From Phallusia mammillata (Eukaryota), in NCBI GenBank assembly GCA_965637545.1, contig OZ281495.1, positions 20,770,001 to 20,834,000 on the forward strand: a stretch of 64,000 nt of DNA. Reading direction: 5' to 3'. Position numbers and translations under genes: made by a program. How positions within the stretch are numbered: the stretch's first letter is position 1; every line of letters starts with the position of its first letter. The notes beneath the pieces are model-generated. The model did not search any database and was not told the DNA's origin. It saw only the letters and a program-made list of their open reading frames with translations. Shown here one piece after another: positions 22,969 to 34,900 of this stretch.

Positions 22969-25900
22969 TTAATTCCAATCAAAATTTTCTCCGATATCGG
23001 TAAAAAATTGCTGGTTAAAAGGGCGATAAAATGCTCGCAATTTTTGTAAAGTTTCCACGTTGGCTTTCTGCTTTCCAGTGCGAGTACGGCCTTTTCCACC
23101 TCCTAAACAATTTAACATTTTTACACTTTCACTGCTGCTTTCGTTTACATGATTTTGTAGATGCTGAATGGTAAATTTTCGATAGCAAAAAAGTCCGGTG
23201 TCTGGATGTCGAACAAAATCTTCTCGCAACAAAACTTTTGGGATTCCAATGAAATCCTGCAGTTCCTCGATTATTGGTCCTGGATCTTTAATAAACCGGT
23301 TACCATCAACAACTTTTAAACTCGAGCTGTTGAAGAAACTTTGCCATTGTTTGATATGAGCTGAGTAAATTCCATTGGAGAGTAGAGTTGATGCATGGTT
23401 TGTGTGAACTAAGTTGACAAATTTTTCTCGTAAGTCCGAATGTAAAAGGGATACTTTTTGCCACTCAGTAATGCTGTGTTGTAGTTTTGGAAGATACTCA
23501 TCAACATACTGTTCGAATGTTTCGTATTTGCTGATCATTCGATCATTGTAGAGCTCGTACCTGATCCGCTGTAAAAAAATGGTTTAACTATTGGTTAATT
23601 TATTAATAAGCTACCGGAAATGCACACTGTTTCGAACTAAAAGGTATGTAACGGACATTAACACTTCTCAAGGACAAAAAACTTTCCCCGCCGTTGCAAC
23701 CATTGCGCCAAAAGTCCATTGTTACGACACAACTGCCAACTTTGGTGTCCTACTTTCACGGTTTCCACACGGTTAGTCTTTTCAGCAGTAGGTGGATAAT
23801 TTTACGTTATATAAGAGGGGTGGCCAGACCTGCTTTACGCTCGAGCCGCATATTACATAACTTAGTTTTAAAAGAGCCGCAACACAAAAAAATCAAAAAA
23901 CGAATTTATTCACTCACAACGAAGTGTATGCTATCAAATAATGATTATTGTTGCATAGTGATACTGTGTCTCCACCTGGGATGCAAGGTGTTTAAAATTA
24001 GGCTGCGTAATGACCTTTCAAGTTACTAGTTTTGTAATGATTGAGGAAAGCTTGACAGATAAAACACACAGGTTTAAACTTTGCAGTTTAGTAGCAGAAG
24101 CTGCAATACACATGTAAAATGCTTTCAATGTCAGCCCTGATTTACAGCCTAAATCCAAAAACATATTTGACTACAATGCACAATCTAGCACGCTTCCGTA
24201 CAATAATGTACTTTTCGGTTAGTTTTCGGAATGTACATTGGTTATGACAAATGACACTTTGCCATCTGGTCAAACAACTGCAAGATGGGGAATGCATGTG
24301 CAGCATCAAGGAGCCGCATTCATACCCAGCTAACACAAAACGTTATGACAACTTTCACAACGTTGTTTAAAGGTTGTAAAATGGTTTGAGGTCTTTTTAT
24401 TTTCAAAGTAAATGTTACATTATGGTTGCATGGTTTAACGTTATCCTTGAACGTTTTGAAAACGTTTCAGAAATGTTTTTTTGAAACGTTATTGAAAAAC
24501 ATTTTTAAACGGTGCTAATAGAACGTGTTTATAACGTCATCAAACCAACGTTACCGCATGAACGTTTCTGCAATGTCTATTTACGACATAAATAAAACGT
24601 TATAAATGGACGTTTTTATGTGGTTAAATATAATGTTTTTGAAACGTTATTAAAGTAACGTTTGAATGAGGACGTTTCTGCAACCTTACTAATTAACGTA
24701 ATAAAAATGTTTAAAGTAAACGTTTTTATGTGGTTAAATATAATGTTTTTGAAACGTTATTAAAGTAACGTATGCATTAGAACGTTTCTGCAACCTTACT
24801 AACTAACGTAATAAAAATGTTTAAAGTAAACGTTTTTATGTGGTTAAATATAATGTTTTTGAAACGTTATTAAAGTAACGTATGCATTAGAACGTTTCTG
24901 CAACCTTACTAATTAACGTAATAAAAATGTTTAAAGTAAACGTTTTTATGTGGTTAAATATAATGTTTTTGAAACGTTTTTAAAGTAGCGTATGCATTAG
25001 AACGTTTTTGCAACCTTACTAATTAACGTAATAAAACTGTTTAAAGTAAACGTTTTTATGTGGTTAAATATAATGTTTTTGAAACGTTATTAAAGTAGCG
25101 TATGCATTAGAACGTTTTTGCAACCTTACTAATTAACGTAATAAAAATGTTTAAAGTAAACGTTTTTATGTGGTTAAATATAATGTTCTTAAAGCGTTAT
25201 TAAAGAAGCGTATGCATTAGAATGTTTTTGCAACCTTACTAATTAACGTAATAAACACGTATAAAATAAATGCTTATTTGTGGTTACAATAAACTGTGAA
25301 AAAAACGTTGACAAAAATACGTTTCAAATTTAACGTTGTTTTATTCTTACCAGGGAAGGAAGTAAAACGTTTAATTCAAACGTCATAGTACGCCAGGCCT
25401 GTTCAAGGCGTTATACCGAATCAGCTGGTCTCCCAAGCATTCCCATATGGCAAGGCATAGACTAGAAAAATCTAGCCTGCGGTGGGATTCGAACCCACGA
25501 CCGGAGTCTTTCCGGGACTCGCGCTCTACCAACTGAGCTACACAGGCTCAGTGGAGAATCTAGTCTATGCCTTGCCATATGGGAATGCTTGGGAGACCAG
25601 CTGATTCGGTATAACGCCTTGAACAGGCCTGGCGTACTATGATTTATCGATATGTATGCCGTGATCGCTGGTCTGCATCGACGCTTCAGGGCTGATCCCA
25701 GTATGAATATGTTTCATCTTAGTTAATTCAAACGTGTTTGTGTTTTTACATTAAAGCGTTTTACAACGTTATTAGGTTACGGTACGCTGTTGTAACGAAC
25801 GTTTAAAATTAACGTTTTTTTTTTCATTGCAGTAAAACTTATGCAAAACGTCGTTGTTAAGGCAACGTAACCTACTTAGCCGGCGGTTTTTAAACTTTTT

Positions 25901-28900
25901 TCGTAAGAACACGGTATTTCAGTTGCGTTAACAAAGTTATGACCCAAACTCCACGATGCAACCTTAAGGTCAGGGTGGATTTTTGTTCGGGATCACCAGG
26001 CTAAAATCAGGGGCGCGAGCGCGTGTGTGTCGCATGTCTAGATGCAGATAGAATTTACCTTTTTGTGCCTAGTTTTGTTTTGTACAATTGTATAATAAAT
26101 TTGTGTGTAAAAATGAACGAGCAACGCAAAGAGTACAAAAGGCTGTGGATGAAAAAATATAGAGCCAGGAAATGTCGGAAGGTTACAATTTTGGAAAGTT
26201 CGGAATCCGATGGGGACACGCCCACAACCTCTCAAACACTGAAAAAAAACGTAATATCTGAAAAGGTAAACTGTGCTAAAACAAATACAGGTTATTTGTC
26301 TGATCATAGTTTTGCTGAGGAATCTGTAATGGGACCAAATTATTCCTCAGACGAGGGTGCTGTGTTAAGCTCTAAGTTTAAAAAATATCAGCACTGTCAT
26401 GACAGTGACAGTTCTTCATCAGATTGTGATGCTGAGAACTGTCTTAAGTCTGATGTGAATAAATGGGTAAATCAATTTCAGATCAAGCACAATGCAGTTG
26501 ACTCATTGCTTCATATTTTACGCAACCATGGGCATTCTAATCTTCCGAAAACTTGCCGTGCTCTTGTAAGTACATCTCGACTGGTCAAAACTGTAAAAGT
26601 GTCTGGAATGGACTATTACTATTTTGGAATACAATCACAGATAGCTTTACTATTTGACAGTGTACACCCAATTAATTATCCAAATGTTTTGGAACTCTCA
26701 TTTAACATTGATGGCCTTCCAGTTTTTAAAAGCAGAAACTCTTGTTTTTGGCCTATACTGTGCTCTGTTTGGTTCAATGAATTCCGTCAGTGTGTTTTTC
26801 CAGTTTCACTTTCATATGGAGAATCCAAACCATCATCTTTACAATTTTTACAAGACATGGTTCATGAACTAAAAGACCTCATTAAAAATGGATTGTCAGT
26901 TAACGGATATTTTATGGAAGTTAAATTACATTCAGTTATATGTGATGCCCCTGCACGTGCAATGGTCAAGTCAACAAAACTCTGTTCAGGTTACTTTGGT
27001 TGTGACAAATGTACCCAAAAAGGTTATTGGTGTGGACGTGTTACTTATCCACTTGTTTCACAACTTGTAGAAAGAACAGATATGTCTTTTCGACAACAAA
27101 CAAATCAGGAACATCACCATGCAGTGTCCCCTTTTTGTGATTTAGAGATAGACATGGTAAAACACTTTCCGATTGATTATATGCACCAGGTATGCTTGGG
27201 AGTAATGAAAAAGCTGTTATTAACATGGATACGTGGAAAAAGAAATGTTAAACTAAGCGCAAGTCAAATTTCTGAAATAAGCAACAGGCTGTTGGCACTT
27301 AAAAGTTATGTTCCAAAGTGCTTTGCACGAAAACCAAGAACTTTGCTTGAAATTGACAGATGGAAAGCAACTGAATTCCGGCAGTTTTTAATATATACCG
27401 GTAAAATTGTTTTAAAAAAGGTTTTGAGCAATGAGCTGTATGAACATTTTATGCTTTTAAGTGCAGCTATATCAATTTTTATTTCTCCATCTCTTTGCAA
27501 AACAAATGCCTGTTTGGCTCATTCCCTTCTTTGTACATTTGTCACACAGAGTACAACACTGTATGGTGAAGAATTTTTGGTTTATAATGTACATTCATTA
27601 TTGCATTTGATCTCAGATGTAAAAGAGTATGGGCCACTTGACAATTTTGGTGCATTTGCATTTGAAAATTATATGCACAAAATTAAACGCTTTGTTAGAT
27701 GTGGCAAAAATCCACTTGTTCAAGTAATAAAGCGAGTGCAAGAGATTGGTTTTTCTGAGCTCAACTATCAATCAGTCCCACAAGTTACTTTCTCCAAACC
27801 ACCAAATAATGCATATGTTGTATGTAAAAGTGAAACTGTGAAATGTGTCGAGATGGTGGAAAGCAATGATAAATCATGCCTGTGTAGAGTGTATAGTAAT
27901 GTACAACCTTTGTTCATGGAACCATTTAATTCATCTTTAATTCATGCATACAATATAAATATAAACAAAAGTTGTATGGAAACTCTTGACATTACAAGTG
28001 TCACCTTTAAGAGAGCTGTTTGCATTAAACAAGGCAACTTTGTCAGGTTGATGTGTATACTGCACCACTTATAACTATTTTTTTGCTCAGGTTAATATTT
28101 TATTGCTAATTGTTTGGAAGCATGTCATTTGCTATTGTTGAATTTGCTGAAGATAGCAGTGTGGAAGTTATACCTTCCACATGGATTTTTTCAAAACATG
28201 GGTCATCAGAGAAGTTCAGCTATTGGCCAAGACAGTCACAACGCCAAAAGGTAAAAAGAGGTGAAACACCAGATGAGGAGAAGTGGTTTGTTTACAAAAT
28301 AAAACGTGTGTTTGGATATGAAGGTAAGTTTTATTACAAGGTTTGTGTTGAGAAGTTATTAATTGGATTTTCTTGCAGATGAATATGAGATAGCACACAA
28401 AAAAGCAGGTCTTGCTGTCGACACATCAAACATTGACAGTTCTGATACTGAAACTACTATCACTAGGCCTCATAAAAGACCTGCCAGATATTTGTCGGAC
28501 GAAGGTCAGATATTAACATTGCTTGACTTTGATGATGCTTCATGTTCATCACAATCCTATAAACTAAATATTATATATATATACTATGAAAATTTAAAGT
28601 ATTGTCCTGTTTACAAACTTAAGTCTAAACTTGTCAGCAGACTTTAACTGTTAAAAATTAAATATTGTCAGAAATATAATTGTATGTAGGCTCTACACAC
28701 ACTGTTCAAATTGAAAGTTATAATGTTTTCATTACAGGAGAGTCACCAAGCAAATGTACCAACACAGGTTTGTAGTGTGACAGTTATTATCTACTTGGAT
28801 AAAAATCGTTTGTTCTACTTTTTTACTAGAAGTGGGGGATGAGACAGCTGCTGTGGCAGGTAGGTCTTCAAGATTATGCATATTCATTTGGTACTAAAAA

Positions 28901-31900
28901 TACACTCAAATATGATCTAAATATTTTACGATTTCATTATTGTTTAGTAAGCAGCAGGGTTACTCAAAAACTTTGAGTTTGTTTTCTTTCATTCCTAGTT
29001 TAGAGCTCTGTTTTTTAGGTGTTAATGCACAACAACAGGATGGGGATAGGCAGGATTTAAATGGTAGGTGTTGAAATATTTAAAATGCAAAGCAGGTCTG
29101 TATTTTGTTTGATTTTTTGCAGTAAAAATGGACATGCCTATTAAAGGGCAGCATGAACTGATGAGCATTTTGAAAGAAGCAATAACGAAAGGTGAAGCAG
29201 AAAAACTTTCTCAGTTTGATTTGGATTTGTTCAGCCAAAAGCTGTTGACTATAACAGATTTTCAGGCTTTTGAAAAAAAACTGGAGGAAAAACAGTTTCG
29301 CAGAACAACAGTAAGTAATGTTGTTTTAATTAATGCTGAAAATATTGCTGTCACAACAGATTCTGTTATTGTTTAGCGGCAGTTTTTGACAAGCCTTGGT
29401 GGAGATAATGTTGTGTAAGAAAAATGATGACTACAATTGGTTCCCATGGACTTTGGGAGAAATACAGTTATAAAGGAAGAAAAGGCAAAAGAGCCTTTTC
29501 ACAAACAAACTTTAATAAAGTACTGATGTGTAAGTACATTATTAGTTTTTCCTTTTTGTTTTATTCTTTTTTTAAACAATTGTTTTTCAACTTCCCTACC
29601 TTTTTTATTCCAGAAAGTATACTTCACACTAGGACTGACACTACTGTTCGAGCAGTTGAAAAAGAGCTACAAGACTTTTTAAAGCAGTGTCCTTTCAAAC
29701 CAGGTGGCACAAAGTATAAGGTGGGAAATCTATTGGTCAAGCATTTTTTATTGTTGTCATTAAATACATTTCTAAAAGAGTTTTGTCATCTTTAAAGTTA
29801 AATAAAGAAGTTAAAACATCGTTTGATACTGTTTCCAAGTTATCAAATTAACTTGCTGCTTTAGTAATGTGTTTGGTAAAACATCTTATTGCTCTAATAT
29901 TTAAAAAATAAATAAATATTTACTTTTCCCATTACATGGTTTAAGTTGGTTGTAAATCATACGAATTGAGTTTTGTAGCTGTACAATATTGTAGTAAACG
30001 TCATGTGTTTTTCAGAAATGTTTATCTCCCAACAATTCGTTTGACAGCAGCATCGACTCCTCTAACGGCACTGAACTACTGCTTTCATCGACAGATTCTG
30101 AATAAATCTTTTAAATTTTCTTCAAAACACATGGTCCGGTGATATTTCGTAATAAAAGACAACAAAACGTTTCTGCAGACGTTTAAAAACGACTTGTGAA
30201 AACGTTGACTTTGAGGTTTGAAAGACGTTACTGAGAGTCCACGAAAAGCCGTAGAATTAACGTTATTTTTGAACGTTAAAATACGTTCATAATTCCCTGT
30301 TTTGAACGTTTGTCTGTCGCCTAAAAGAAACGTTACATAAATCGAAATGAAGGACGTTTAGGCAATGTTAATAGTTGTCGTATGCAAAACGTTGAAAACT
30401 ACGTTTTATTGACGTTATGTCAAACGTTTACAGAACGACTATTTAAGCGTTGGTTTTAACGTTTAGGCAACGATTGATTAAACGTAAATCCTAATGTTTT
30501 AAAAACGTTACTGAGAGTCCACGAAAAGTCGTAGAATAAACGTTATTTGAAACGTTAAAATACGTTCAAATTTCCCTTTTTAAAACGTTTTATTAACGTT
30601 TTTGTGTTAGCTGGGTAGGCTCAAGGAGCCGCATTCATAGGCTTAATGAGCCGCATGCGGCTCGGGAGCCGCAGTTTGGCCACCTCTGTTATATAAGTTG
30701 GATTGTTCGGGCTGTTTTGTCATTGTGACGTTCTTGGTTCTTTTTGGGTCAAATAATAAAGTGCATCTGAGACCGACTATCTTACTCTGTCAAGAAACTG
30801 TAAGGTAGAATTAGCAAGGAGGTTTGTATTCTACAAGGTATCATCAGTATAGCTGACTACAAGGTATCATCAGTATAGCCAGACATTGGCAGTATATAGC
30901 AATTTTACGGCAATCGTATTTGCTCTGTGTGTTACATCGCAAGTTACTGTTTTTGTCTACCGTCTCCCCATATTGTAAGTTTCAGTGTAAATAGCGCAAC
31001 CATGTGGAGTTTCGCGCCTCGTATTTGACCATAGTATACTCACAGTCAAAGTCTACATAAAAACAACCAATACAATAGTAGTATCTACTTTCTGACTAGA
31101 CATTAGAAAATAAGATGGGAATCCGAATGTTTGTGTCAGGAGTGACATACAGCAAGTGCACCATTGAAGTTAAATAGTTTTAAATGTTTAATATTGTTAT
31201 TTAAAAAGTGGAAACCAGCTTACGACAGTAAGGGAAAGTGCATGAAAGTGGAAAAAACACTTGCTATTCTAAGCTGTTGTAAGAATCCAAGTCAAACTAA
31301 TGCTGTCTGGTAAATTGCATCGCCAATAATGTTGAAGGACTTTACTTTTAACTAGTTGTATTTCGCTTAATATGGTAGTAATAATCCTGATCTTGAAACC
31401 CTAATGACTACGTTATGAAAAATCAGGACTATGTCCAATTCTGTTAGTTTGTGGCAAAACAGGCCCTGTTCAGTAAAAAAGTTTTTTTTTATTTCGCTAA
31501 GTAAATGTTCGAGTGAAAACAGAAAACCCTGAACAGGCAATAGGTGCTGTTTACGGCAAACATCACAATCGCCAGTAGTTTGTTATGATTTCATGGGGCA
31601 CCATATAAAACTTTGGTAAATATTGGTTAATAAAATTAAACAACACATCATTTTACAGCCAGGTAATGTTGTTTTTGGAACTTACTTCTTTTCGAGTACT
31701 GGACGGGAAATGAAGTTTCCAGTTATTTCTTACGGTATACAAACAAACGGTCCCGCACAGCCATTCAAATATTTTATTACCAAATTAATACAGTTCGGCT
31801 AATAAAGTGACTTTTACAGCTGTATAATATACGTTCTCCTGCTAGTTTTGTAAAAAAATGTTTGGCGGGATTTTTGGCGTTAAACAATTTTTGTTTGGCG

Positions 31901-34900
31901 CTTTTTTGATTTGGTTGGCGCTTTTTTGAGAGTATTTGGCACTTTTCAGCAATTTTTATCTGGCAACCCTGTACTATGGTTCGACAAGTACTGTTAGTAT
32001 ACTATACGACAAGTTTTCTGGAAACGTCGGTAGTTCGTTTCCTGTGTCTAGAAAACTACTGTCGTTTGTTTTTCAGGAAAAATAATTAAATTAATTGTTA
32101 AATCTTAAGTAACCTGTTTCGTATTGCTGTGCACATCAAGTCTGCCAGTAAATCGGACCAAGTTGTTTTGGTAAGTGTTGTTTTATTTGCTTGTTTATCT
32201 TTGTCAACATTATTCCAATAACCATTGTCTTGTATTGTTAAACCTTTGCTGTGACGCTATGCCTGGTCTAAAGTGTACTCTGTTACTTACAGTTTGACTT
32301 GATTGCTCGTCGACATATAACTGTTTAAAGTCCTGATCCAAACGTTTCGGTAAGAGTGTTATATTGTTAAAACCGGGTTTATTCTATTGTGTTTATGCCC
32401 AGATATTTCCTTTAGAAAACCGTACGCCAGTTTATCCATCGTAATCCCATAGAAGTAACTGCATCTTGCTAATTAAAGCCATTACGGGTGTTACATCTTA
32501 TTTGCCAGTAATTGCCGATTTCTATTGATTCCCGCATTTCCTCAATACAACTTGTGTTGTAATCTATTGCGTTGTGTGACGTAACAATTGACTGCCAGTT
32601 TTCTGTGATAACGCAACGTGGTTTAGTTCTTTTCGTTGCTGACTTCCGTGATGCGCGGTGCTGCGTCGGTTGTTTGAGAAAAGCAGTTTATTGCCGTGTT
32701 GGCGATTGTTGGTGAGTCACTTTGTATATATGTGTTTAATGACTCAATATTGTAAATTACTATAATGAATGCGAACATAACTGACTTAAAATGTCATTTC
32801 GCTTTGTTTTAGTTGTACTCTACTTGTAGTTGGGTTCATTCACGTTGCTAAAGTTGTGATTGTTTACGCAGATTTCTTGTACGATACTCACGTGAAGCGT
32901 GATTTTCTACCCTGTTGCTCGACATAGCTTGGTAAGCATTGTGTATGACGTCATAATGGCATATTGTGGTCTCATGTTTTATAGTGTATTTAGGTGTGTG
33001 ACAGTGATTTCTGGGATCAAAGTCTATATAAAACACAAGTTGTCCAACCTATTGTTACGTAAAAAAGCCTATGGAGCCATTTTGCGTCCAAAATGACACA
33101 GCAGGGAAAGAAAAATAACACGTAAATTGTCTGATTTTTACAAACCGGAGAGCTTAGACGCGAATTTGATTCGCCAAATTGAATGAAAATTTCAGGTTCT
33201 AAGATTTCAACACAATGTTTAAAGCTAAATTGCTGTTTTTCATGTAAATTTGGCCGCTTAATTTTCATGTAAACTTCAAATATTTGCGTTCGGCGAGCAT
33301 TATCGCGCTCAAATGTTAGAACCCAAACATTTCATTCGATTTGGCCTATCAAACTAGCGTTAAAGCCCACCAGTTTGTAAAAATCAGACAATTTATGTGT
33401 TTTTCCCTATACCTGCTGTATTAATTTGGACACAAAATGGCGTCCATACGGCTCTATCGCGTAACAATGGGTTGGACTACTTGTGTTTTACACATACTTT
33501 GTCTGGGATTGCCCGTGTTATTTGTTTATTCCGGTTCCAATAACAGTTGGTGAGCTTAAAGGTACATTCCTACATTAAAGCGCCGTGCTAATGCCATGTC
33601 TTTGTAGAAATCGTTTCCTATTCGTTTCCTATCGTTGCTATCGCCTCCCACCGTCCTCTTCATTCTTCATTGAAAGTGTTTGAATATAAGATCTACAAAA
33701 CACACTATCTGTGTGGACTGCTTGTTGGAAACCATTAGGAATCGCGTTTCAATTCCCCCTCGTGTGACGTTCCGCACTGTAACCGGGGCGCGTTCACGGG
33801 ACGTTACATGAAAGTTTCAACTGTTTGTTGAACAGAATCTGCATTTGAAACTTGACTTCTTGAACTAAAGTTTAACTGTTCGCTGAACGCGATCGAAGAT
33901 GAGCCAATCAAACGTTACAACTCCTGAAGCGGTCGCTGATTGTCGTCGACGCCTAAGTGAACAATAGCTAGTCGCCGAGTGTCTGATGAAGGACCACCGC
34001 AACAAGCAGGTGCTCGAGACGGTTTTGGTTGCGCTTGAACATCTTTTTGTCGATGTTGTTGCTGCCTACGAGGCGCATCCCGATCTTGCTGACGAACTAG
34101 CAAGCATAAGGAAAAACAAGGCCGAATTCGATGACCGAGTCTCTCACTGGGTTCGCGAGGTAAATTCTCCATCTAGCAGTGTTTTACCTGTTAACATAGC
34201 TCGTCCAGGTGGAAGCGGCGATAAGAGTCCAAGGGACAACGACTCGTTCTGCGGACGAAGTAGGCGATCTAGTTCTTCGACTAACAGTAGAACTAGAGTT
34301 AAAGTATTCAGACTGCGCAGACGCGGGAGCTGGACAGACAGCACGAAGAAATGAAACACAACTTGGAGATGCTAGAACTGCAGCATCAGCTACAGGCCGC
34401 AGAGGTGGAAGAAAGGGTTTGGGACGAGATGTCAGGGAACACAGAGTACGTGACAGTAAAGGAAGGTTCGGCTGAAATGACCACACCTAAAGAGAAGCCT
34501 CTCGAGGAACAACGTCGCGTTCTGTTCACGCCACCACCTGTCACGTCGCAGCGAAGCCCTCCGGACCAGCGGTATGTGGTTGACTGTATTTCTCCGCCTA
34601 AGTCCCTGTCGCAAAATGCGCCTAAAATTAAATCTTCGTTTCATGAGAAAGGTTCTTTTACCGCAGCAAATCCAAAAGTAAATAATTCTTGTACATATGA
34701 TTCAGTCAAGCCAACTGGCGGACATGACAATGAGATTGCATCGCTTGTGAAACATATAAACAGACTAAAGCCCAAAGTTCTCGTTCTTAACGGCAATCCT
34801 ATGGATTTTATTGGAAGTTCGTTTGCAATTTCGATTCTGGCACCGACGACAAGGTCGATGACGAGGCCCGTAAACTGATTGAACACTGCTTTAGACTAAA

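Larger units (their letters stand above)
24325..30615 (+). mobile_element. CACTA/EnSpm (CMC) DNA transposon, 6291 bp
   Basis: TIRs CCCAGCTAACACAAAA / TTTTGTGTTAGCTGGG; 2-bp TSD TA; AACGTT-rich subterminal repeats; transposase plus a second gene. Confidence 0.93.
23815..30688. mobile_element. ~580-bp hAT MITE split by the CACTA insertion
   Basis: Left end gaggggtggccag, right end ggccacctctg; perfect 8-bp TSD TTATATAA; gagccgc subterminal motifs on both sides of the CACTA element. Confidence 0.85.

Noticed and set aside
24611-25270. Regular repeat array as a CRISPR array
   Set aside because: Contiguous 110-bp tandem units without unique spacers, no cas genes, eukaryotic context; it lies in CACTA subterminal DNA.
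25475-25547. Functional tRNA-Ser(GGA) gene
   Set aside because: C instead of U33, a 2-nt D/anticodon linker, no long variable arm as in tRNA-Ser, and a GGA anticodon is atypical for eukaryotes; kept only as tRNA-like.
30832-30879. Short tandem duplication ctacaaggtatcatcagtatagc x2
   Set aside because: Two copies only; ordinary slippage.
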